From a virus (lineage: Duplodnaviria; Caudoviricetes), in the IMG/VR virus record IMGVR_UViG_3300044630_000989, positions 1 to 48,197 of that record: DNA of 48,197 nt; one strand, given 5' to 3'. Positions 41,926 through 48,197 of the stretch are shown here, one piece after another. The position numbers and the translations under genes are program-made. Position 1 is the stretch's first letter. Each line of letters begins with the position of its first letter. The notes beneath the pieces are model-generated. The model was not told where the DNA came from and did not search any database. It worked only from the letters and a program-made list of their open reading frames with translations.

Positions 41926-43520
41926 ACCGTCCACGGATTCGACTGGGTAAAAGATAAAGGCGAGATCGGTGCGTGTACGGTTTTGTTTTCATAAAGCGCT
42001 AAAAGGATTGCCTCGGCGCGGTCTGGGGAATGAACTCCGCGCTTCTTCATATCCGCCTTTGATTCAATCTGTATGCGACCTGAAGAATCGGATTTGAATG
42101 TAGGTCCAGCCAACTGAGCCAGGACGGGTCTATCTACATCCAGGCGGATTTCTTGCTTCTCGTCTTTTGGTTGCAGCATTGCGCGGGTATTCCACCACAT
42201 CTCGGCGCGTTGATTCTTGAACTTGGCTTGGTCTTTAGGTCTCTCTGCCACATTGACACCAACCACGATTGCCCGTAACCCTCGCTCTTTGACCCAGCGA
42301 TCTAGTAACGAAACAACTCCCCAGCCCACACCAATCGTGTCAATCTTGACCCGCACCATATCGCTAACATTTCTAGTTTTATGTTCTGCAACTGCTTTCT
42401 CAATCTCACCAATGACCACACCAGCGACATCCACGGCGTTCGCATTAGCCTTACCAGATGAGCGATGGACCAATGAAACTTTGTATCCGTCTGCCTTTGC
42501 GATTACGAATTCATCTCCGCCATCGGATGCAATATCCACTCCGAGGCGAATAACCGCTGATTCAAGATAATCCTCGTTATTGGTAGACAATTCTGCCCAA
42601 TGGTAGGGAATGACTTTTCCTGTTCCCGTTTGTGGGAATCGTGCATTAACACGGGCTTCAACGAATGGAGAATCTTCACCGAATTCGCTAATTACATCAT
42701 CCACCCAACTCTGATCTACTAGGTGCGTAGCAACCGTGTGAGCCTCTACATGGGCTGGACAACTGCGGCATAGACCAGTTTCCTCACCCGTAAAATTAGG
42801 GGTGTCATAAGCCCCGATAGGGATGGACTCATAGATAGGCGAATTGCAGATACGCTCGAACCATGTTTGTTCTTGATCTGTAGGCGGGTTACCTAATACG
42901 AGGAGCCGCGTGTGTCCACCCGTCATCAGGGCTTCAAGGGCTGAGCCAATCTTGTCCGATAAACCTCCAGCCTCATCCACTACCACGAGCAGGTGAGGCG
43001 CGTGGATACCTTGAACTGCGGCTTCATTGTTATCGGCTGGACGGAAACCATAGGCGACTACTGTGTCATCCATTTTCCATTCAGTCGTGAGGATTTCTCC
43101 TGGCAGATTGTGAGCCATGTGAACTCGGCGAATCTGCGCCCACATAATGTTTCGCACCTGCTTAAAAGTTGTCGCTGTGGTGATAGCGATAGCGGTACCA
43201 GGCGGGTGAACTGAAATCCACCAGGCAACGGCTCTAGCGGCTAGGTGAGATTTACCTGGAGCGTGGCAAGCGGGAACCGTGGTTCTCTTATTGTCTCGGA
43301 TAGATTCCAGAATCTCGCGCTGTTTGGACCAAAGCGTTTCGCCTAATCCTTCTTCGACAAAACCAACTGGGTCATTTTCAAATCTAGCCCAAGGATTAGT
43401 GATCTCAGCATCCAAGATGACCGATAGCGCGTACTTCTCATCATCATTTAGCGATAGGTAAATCTTTGCTCGTTCTTCGGGCGTGGCATTGAGAACAAGG
43501 TCTACGAGCCGATCACCCAT
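41922..43520 (-). CDS. terL: Terminase large subunit
   Basis: Walker A-like CHAPGKS, Walker B VVVDEA, LGNP, nuclease LGVDIA..G.D and SPDRAEA. Confidence 0.92.
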   Translation of the reverse strand: MGDRLVDLVLNATPEERAKIYLSLNDDEKYALSVILDAEITNPWARFENDPVGFVEEGLGETLWSKQREILESIRDNKRTTVPACHAPGKSHLAARAVAWWISVHPPGTAIAITTATTFKQVRNIMWAQIRRVHMAHNLPGEILTTEWKMDDTVVAYGFRPADNNEAAVQGIHAPHLLVVVDEAGGLSDKIGSALEALMTGGHTRLLVLGNPPTDQEQTWFERICNSPIYESIPIGAYDTPNFTGEETGLCRSCPAHVEAHTVATHLVDQSWVDDVISEFGEDSPFVEARVNARFPQTGTGKVIPYHWAELSTNNEDYLESAVIRLGVDIASDGGDEFVIAKADGYKVSLVHRSSGKANANAVDVAGVVIGEIEKAVAEHKTRNVSDMVRVKIDTIGVGWGVVSLLDRWVKERGLRAIVVGVNVAERPKDQAKFKNQRAEMWWNTRAMLQPKDEKQEIRLDVDRPVLAQLAGPTFKSDSSGRIQIESKADMKKRGVHSPDRAEAILLALYENKTVHAPISPLSFTQSNPWTV

Positions 43521-43523
43521 GGT

Positions 43524-44033
43524 TTACTTCTTTCGTATCGCTAAGACTTTCGCAATCTTGTTTTCAAGTTCGCCTATTTCAACCTGTATCTTAATCGCTT
43601 CCCCATTGGTTCCACCAATTTCGACCCTATCAGTCTTTCCGAACTCCTCTGGCATCTGTCGCTCCAACCACCAAGCCGCTGCTCTCCAGTCACCATCATT
43701 ACCGCTCTTTGCTATGACTGCGACTTTTTTAGTGATCGCCTCTGCTTTCGCCCGTTCAACTTTGTCAAGAAATTCAAGAAATATAACCTCAGATGGATTG
43801 TTTTTTGCACCTTCGACCAACTTCAATCTCTCGCGCTCTGCCATCCCACGATTTATCCATGAGTAAAATGTTTGGTTTGATACCCCTGCCGATGCAACTG
43901 CTACTCGAACAGGTGTTCCAATTCGGATGTAATCTAAAAGTGTCTGCTCAAGATCAGCCTGAAGCAGCGCTGTCTTGCGCCCCGCAGTTTTTACTGGCTT
44001 GGCTGGCTCTTTCTTTGCAACTGCGCTCGCCAT
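43524..44033 (-). CDS. Terminase small subunit
   Basis: HTH (AGVSNQTFYSW), DWRAAAWWLER..P.EFG; directly upstream of terL; start moved to ATG 44033. Confidence 0.8.
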   Translation of the reverse strand: MASAVAKKEPAKPVKTAGRKTALLQADLEQTLLDYIRIGTPVRVAVASAGVSNQTFYSWINRGMAERERLKLVEGAKNNPSEVIFLEFLDKVERAKAEAITKKVAVIAKSGNDGDWRAAAWWLERQMPEEFGKTDRVEIGGTNGEAIKIQVEIGELENKIAKVLAIRKK

Positions 44034-44161
44034 TAAAACTCCTGCCCTATGTACCAAAATCCTAAATCTAATCCCCATCCATAACGGCTGAACTCAAAGC
44101 CTATACCGAATCCAGACTTACGCCCCCATGAGAACCAGAACTTGCCCACTTGTTTTTCCAT
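44033..44161 (-). CDS. Small Gly/aromatic-rich protein (42 aa)
   Basis: MEKQVGKFWFSWGRKSGFGIGFEFSRYGWGLDLGFWYIGQEF*, TAATG-coupled to terS. Confidence 0.45.
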   Translation of the reverse strand: MEKQVGKFWFSWGRKSGFGIGFEFSRYGWGLDLGFWYIGQEF

Positions 44162-44165
44162 CTTG

Positions 44166-44705
44166 TTATTCTACCTCAGTTAAATCTTTATGTGCGAGCG
44201 GGACGGCTTTCAACTCTTGCCCCAAATCTTCTAAGTTGCACACATATCTGACCCCGTAGCCAAAATCCTTTTCAAAACATATATTTAAGAACTTTTCTTG
44301 AGAAATATCGCCCCACACTATGAAGTGCGAATCTATATGCGGTTGTGTTCTATCACCAACAAGGGTGACCAAGATTGCATACTCCGCAGAGAATGATTGT
44401 CTACTGTTGAATATCAACTGCCTCGTAATAGTTGTCTTGACCTGCACAGTCTTTCCGTTGATAATCAAGTCGTGACCTGCATCGCCACCAGTAAGCACTC
44501 TGTCATCAACCGATACACCATAGACCTTAGCAACTGCTCTCTCGCCTAAGTGACCCATGAGGTTTACCGCCCAAGAAGTATTTTTCGCATCAAATTTTCG
44601 ATCTGTCACATTGAACTCTTGCTTGTCCTTACGCATAGCGCCAATAAATATAAGTGAAGAATCAATTTCATCTGGGGTTAGATAAACCGTAATCATTTTA
44701 GTCAA
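44166..44705 (-). CDS. PD-(D/E)XK nuclease-like protein
   Basis: GHLGERAV...GDAGHDL.....VQVKTT pattern. Confidence 0.5.
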   Translation of the reverse strand: MTKMITVYLTPDEIDSSLIFIGAMRKDKQEFNVTDRKFDAKNTSWAVNLMGHLGERAVAKVYGVSVDDRVLTGGDAGHDLIINGKTVQVKTTITRQLIFNSRQSFSAEYAILVTLVGDRTQPHIDSHFIVWGDISQEKFLNICFEKDFGYGVRYVCNLEDLGQELKAVPLAHKDLTEVE

Positions 44706-44814
44706 ATCTTCATGTGTTCTTTATGCTTACATGCGCGACACTCTCGAATCAAATCTTTCCCGCACATTTTGTGCATCCATTTGACCTTAATCTCGCATTT
44801 AGGACATATATCGT

Positions 44815-46002
44815 TCATCGCTCCTCCTCGCTACACGCCTCAAGCGGTAACTGTAATAACTCTGCTATATCTGTCCAACCGTAGATCGTGTTAGCCCATG
44901 TATTCAAATCCTCGGTGTGAACTCGCATAGAGTGTGTGCCTACCCTGATATTGGTTCTACCAATCGGGCTGTGTCCAGGTTTGGTCTTTCCCCCTGAAAG
45001 AATCTCGGCGACTTCTTCCCTTGAGAAGCCCGTTCCCTTGGTACTCGTACTGGTCAGTAACTTATTAAGTTCCTGGGAATCATAAGTGGCAAGGTCCGAG
45101 GTGCGGTTGTCCACAATAAGAATCTTGATTTCTTCAATGTCATCCACCTCAATCCAATGCACGGCTATCTTCTCCCAGCCTAATTGAACTGCTGCCTGGA
45201 GTGTGTGGTTTCCCGATACGCAATGCTTTGTAGGGCGATTGACCACGATCGGTCGGTATTGCCCCATAGTTGAAAGGGACTCAATGATTGCCCCAATGTC
45301 ACCTTCCCGCGGATTCAGCGGATGTGTCTGGATTTCATTTACCGATACGGTTTCAACATCCTCGGGTGAACTCTCCGAGCGCTCCTCAATCCGTTCTGGC
45401 TTTTCCATAATGCGCTCTGGGAATCCTAAGCGCTCTTTGATGCCAGCGTTGGCTTTGCTCTTAGTCTTTCCGAACTCATCGTAAAGTTGCTCTTTCCACG
45501 CATCATAGGCTTCTTGCTCAATGCTAAATTTCCATGCGGCGATCTTTACCTCTGGGTCATCTTTAAGAGTGTTGCCGCCCACGGATTCTTTTTGGTCTCC
45601 AGAAATAAGGCGATCTAAAGTCTCAACCTCGGATGCAGTAAATCCTGTGCCATCCAACTCAGGGAGCGCTTGCAATAGGCTTTTCAGAAGTGGCTCATTA
45701 TATCCAGCGAGGTCGGTTAAACGATTATCGGCTAAAACAATTTTCTTTGCTGTGTCATCGTCTACATCAACGAGAACTGCTTTTATCTTTTTCCAACCCA
45801 GTTTCTTAGCCGCTTTGAGCGTGTGATTACCTGCGAGAACATGCTTGGTACTCGCTTGAACCACGATAGGGCGATATTGACCATGAGCAGTAAGCGATAG
45901 CGCAATGGCATCTATGTCTCCTCGTCTGGGATTAGTTGGGTAAACAGTAAGTGAACTGATTGCCACACTTTGAATGTTTCCCGTCTGGATATTGGCTTTC
46001 AC
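44815..46002 (-). CDS. Tandem ParB/Srx-like domain protein
   Basis: Two copies of NPR.GDI.AI..SL...GQYRPIVV....GNHTL.AA..LGW...DNR..DLA.Y. Confidence 0.85.
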   Translation of the reverse strand: MKANIQTGNIQSVAISSLTVYPTNPRRGDIDAIALSLTAHGQYRPIVVQASTKHVLAGNHTLKAAKKLGWKKIKAVLVDVDDDTAKKIVLADNRLTDLAGYNEPLLKSLLQALPELDGTGFTASEVETLDRLISGDQKESVGGNTLKDDPEVKIAAWKFSIEQEAYDAWKEQLYDEFGKTKSKANAGIKERLGFPERIMEKPERIEERSESSPEDVETVSVNEIQTHPLNPREGDIGAIIESLSTMGQYRPIVVNRPTKHCVSGNHTLQAAVQLGWEKIAVHWIEVDDIEEIKILIVDNRTSDLATYDSQELNKLLTSTSTKGTGFSREEVAEILSGGKTKPGHSPIGRTNIRVGTHSMRVHTEDLNTWANTIYGWTDIAELLQLPLEACSEEER

Positions 46003-46046
46003 TAATCCCTCTCATAAGTAAAGGCTAAGAAATCTTAGGTAAAGGT

Positions 46047-46346
46047 TTATACCGCTGGCTTTGCTGGACGACCACGGCGGCGAATCACTTTGCCATTCTC
46101 ATCGTACTCAGGGGTGCGGTCAATATCGTGGCGGATGATTTTGTAAATCAACTGCTCGGATACTCCCATAGCCTTTGCAATCTCTTTGTAGGTAATTCGC
46201 TGCTTACGAAGGCGGAGAATCAACTGCTTACGGCGCTTGCCAAGATCAGAAATCTGATTTTGGTGTTCACGCATGGCATCGGTAATCATGCGGACTTCTT
46301 GAAGCCCACGACCATCTAATTCTTCAGCCGTCTGTGTGTCGCTCAT
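46047..46346 (-). CDS. HTH DNA-binding protein
   Basis: ITYKEIAKAMGVSEQLIYKII; C-terminal RRRGRP (AT-hook-like). Confidence 0.75.
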   Translation of the reverse strand: MSDTQTAEELDGRGLQEVRMITDAMREHQNQISDLGKRRKQLILRLRKQRITYKEIAKAMGVSEQLIYKIIRHDIDRTPEYDENGKVIRRRGRPAKPAV

Positions 46347-46546
46347 TTTGTCTCTCCTTCGAAAATTTGTGTCCAGTCAATATCGTCATCTTTTTTGGCA
46401 AATAACTTCTTATGTTTTTCTATTGCTTCCATCTCTGCCGCCATTCTTGCTTTTTGAAAAGCCAGGGCGTAGCCGATAAAGATAGGTGCGAATAATACAA
46501 GAGTAGTAAATAATCCCACTACAGTCAAAATTAAGTTCCAGTTCAT
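46343..46546 (-). CDS. Small membrane protein
   Basis: N-terminal transmembrane segment; coupled to neighbours. Confidence 0.5.
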   Translation of the reverse strand: MNWNLILTVVGLFTTLVLFAPIFIGYALAFQKARMAAEMEAIEKHKKLFAKKDDDIDWTQIFEGETK

Positions 46547-46950
46547 CTTTTTCCCTCTTTCCTTGCCCCTCGTATGTAAATCACTAATGAATTTCTATCG
46601 TTCTGTGGTGTTAAAAAAATCAGGGATTTCATGTACTTGGGTGAGTCATCTGGCAAAACACCCGCATCCACGATTCCGTCTATCGCCGCTTTTACTGCTG
46701 GGTTACAGGCTCCGACATCCTGTAAGCGACCCCCTTTTTGGTGGGGTTCAACTGTGACTGAAATCCATTCCATCTCTGGAATCTTCTCTGATTTTGCCAA
46801 GACATGAAATGCCGAGCGCCAGGTCTTGACCAACTCAGCCCTCTGCCATCTGTTGCCAGCGCGTTCGCCGTTGGTCGTCCAAGGGCGCTGCGCCAACTCA
46901 AGTCTGTAGACAAGTTGTTCGTGATCATCAATCCTGCACAGGCAATCCAT
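46543..46950 (-). CDS. rusA: RusA-like Holliday junction resolvase
   Basis: QDVGACNPAVKAAIDGIVDAGVLPDDS motif. Confidence 0.8.
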   Translation of the reverse strand: MDCLCRIDDHEQLVYRLELAQRPWTTNGERAGNRWQRAELVKTWRSAFHVLAKSEKIPEMEWISVTVEPHQKGGRLQDVGACNPAVKAAIDGIVDAGVLPDDSPKYMKSLIFLTPQNDRNSLVIYIRGARKEGKR

Positions 46951-46953
46951 GGC

Positions 46954-47340
46954 TTAAAGATAAGGGTCACCTGAACTCCTGTCGAATTCCCATTTTTCCC
47001 CATCGTTGAAGATTTTCCACGCTTTGCCGCTGTCATCAATGAACGGAATCTCCTCGGCGGACTCAACCTTGGTAAGCAAAAATCCTCGCTCCCTCGCCTT
47101 GTCTCGATTAGATTCGACCCAGCCGTGACATCCAGTAACCCCAGAGCCGCAGAGAAGAATCAAGTTAGCGGCAAGATGCAACTGCGTATTACGAGAGCCG
47201 CCCATGCCCCGTGGAACCCTGTGATGAACTGACCAGCCAAAATTGTCTGGACCGCCATCACATTTCTCACATCGGTAATTGGCTCGATAGAAAACGGTGA
47301 AGCGAACTTCTTCGCCAACTTTTAATTTAGGTTTTGCCAT
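46954..47340 (-). CDS. HNH endonuclease
   Basis: CEKC...HHRVPRGMGG...NLILLCG....GCHGWVE; start moved to ATG 47340. Confidence 0.85.
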   Translation of the reverse strand: MAKPKLKVGEEVRFTVFYRANYRCEKCDGGPDNFGWSVHHRVPRGMGGSRNTQLHLAANLILLCGSGVTGCHGWVESNRDKARERGFLLTKVESAEEIPFIDDSGKAWKIFNDGEKWEFDRSSGDPYL

Positions 47341-47439
47341 TGAAGTCTCGCGTTCGATAAAGATTCTGTGCAACCAACGCAGATATGTTCGCTCGTCTGT
47401 AACGCCGTGATCGTAGCCAATCGGCATATCGGAATATCC

Positions 47440-47835
47440 TCATAAGTCAGGTGCCACCTCTCCTGTATTTGTTTCCATATCAGCATCGGGGTTACCTTTC
47501 GAAAATACTGCTCGTATTTGATTCATGTAGAAATTAACTTGCTCTGGCGTTGCTGCTTTCTTTTTACCCTCTGCCATCTCCAGCATGTACTCCTCAGTTT
47601 TCTTTGCCTCTCTCTCACGCTCTAAATCTCTGAGCCACGCTTTGTTGATGTAGACAGGGGCGATTACTTTATCGTCATTGCTGTAATGCACAGAAACAAA
47701 ACGCTTTGCGAACTCAAAAGCAATATCGCTGTAAAGCGCTTCATTCCATGCCAGAATCTTTCCCTCATCGGCTTGAAGCCGCGTATCAAAAAGACAGGCG
47801 TAAGCAAAAAGTTGTGCCACCTCAGAACGGTTCAT
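47440..47835 (-). CDS. Helicase loader/inhibitor (G39P-like)
   Basis: MNRSEVAQL...D.R......AW..AL...A...V..HY...P..I; follows the replication initiator. Confidence 0.6.
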   Translation of the reverse strand: MNRSEVAQLFAYACLFDTRLQADEGKILAWNEALYSDIAFEFAKRFVSVHYSNDDKVIAPVYINKAWLRDLEREREAKKTEEYMLEMAEGKKKAATPEQVNFYMNQIRAVFSKGNPDADMETNTGEVAPDL

Positions 47836-48196
47836 TTTCTAATGCCCTTCCTTCTTCGACACTAAACCTTTCGGCAATCTCTAGCGCTCGCATCACCGAT
47901 GTCTCGGTACGGGTGATCGTGCTACCGCGCTTTGGTAAGGCTTCATCAGTCCATCGCTCCTGATTTAACCAAGTCGAGGCGTGAGCGGTGAACTCATCCT
48001 GTCGGTTAGGGTCCGAGGCGAATCTCTTTGCTCCTTCAATAATGGCATCAACTGAAGCCTTTTTACAGGCTTTGAGAAATGCTGTCCTTGCTGCGCCTTT
48101 GGCTTCTTTCCTTGGATAGATAGCCCAGAATAAATTGAACTCAGAATCCGAAGGATTCGCTATCTTTATATCTTTTATGGGTATGGGTATGGGTAT
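47822..48196 (-). CDS. Replication initiator protein (3' part; start outside the window)
   Basis: IPIPIP...FNLFWAIYPRKEAKGAARTAF...HASTWLNQERWTDE. Confidence 0.75.
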   Translation of the reverse strand: MPIPIPIKDIKIANPSDSEFNLFWAIYPRKEAKGAARTAFLKACKKASVDAIIEGAKRFASDPNRQDEFTAHASTWLNQERWTDEALPKRGSTITRTETSVMRALEIAERFSVEEGRALENEPF

Positions 48197-48197
48197 G

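Noticed and set aside
46954-47340. HNH gene as a mobile intron or homing element
   Set aside because: It is free-standing in the replication/recombination operon and does not interrupt a gene.
48178-48197. ATGGGT hexamer repeat at the window end
   Set aside because: It encodes the IPIPIP linker of the replication initiator; too short and truncated to call an origin.

Overview
A ~48 kb segment of a tailed dsDNA phage genome. It is siphovirus-like (tape measure and tail-tube genes, no sheath seen) and most likely infects Actinobacteria: two WhiB genes, many leaderless TANNNT-6nt-ATG starts, and an SLT/Rpf-like transglycosylase. Most genes are on the minus strand. In transcription order they run: replication initiator/G39P-like/HNH/RusA/ParB, terS-terL, a ~14.8 kb non-structural block, portal, MuF, an ~8 kb effector array, scaffold, capsid, fibre/decoration genes with a sulfotransferase, neck, tail. 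The non-structural block includes an HDAC, a proteasome-beta/HslV-like protein, a SUEL-lectin surface protein, an HEXXH peptidase, SSB and the WhiB pair. The main candidate novel system lies at 16.7-24.7 kb. There, five multidomain head-associated polyproteins carry nine copies of a [VM]-x-K-H-x2-H-D-Q-x2-H-G-[NS]-W-A tag (two are variants), each placed in front of a different enzyme-like domain (several ADP-ribosyltransferases, two GNATs, ParB-like), and one polyprotein also holds the XkdF-type prohead protease. This suggests protease-released, tag-addressed effectors packaged in the capsid. Other signals are a +1/-2 tail-chaperone frameshift, a four-hairpin non-coding RNA with anti-SD-like loops, and a repeated AACCCCAGT operator in early promoters. 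All family calls come from motif recognition by eye; no database searches were run.
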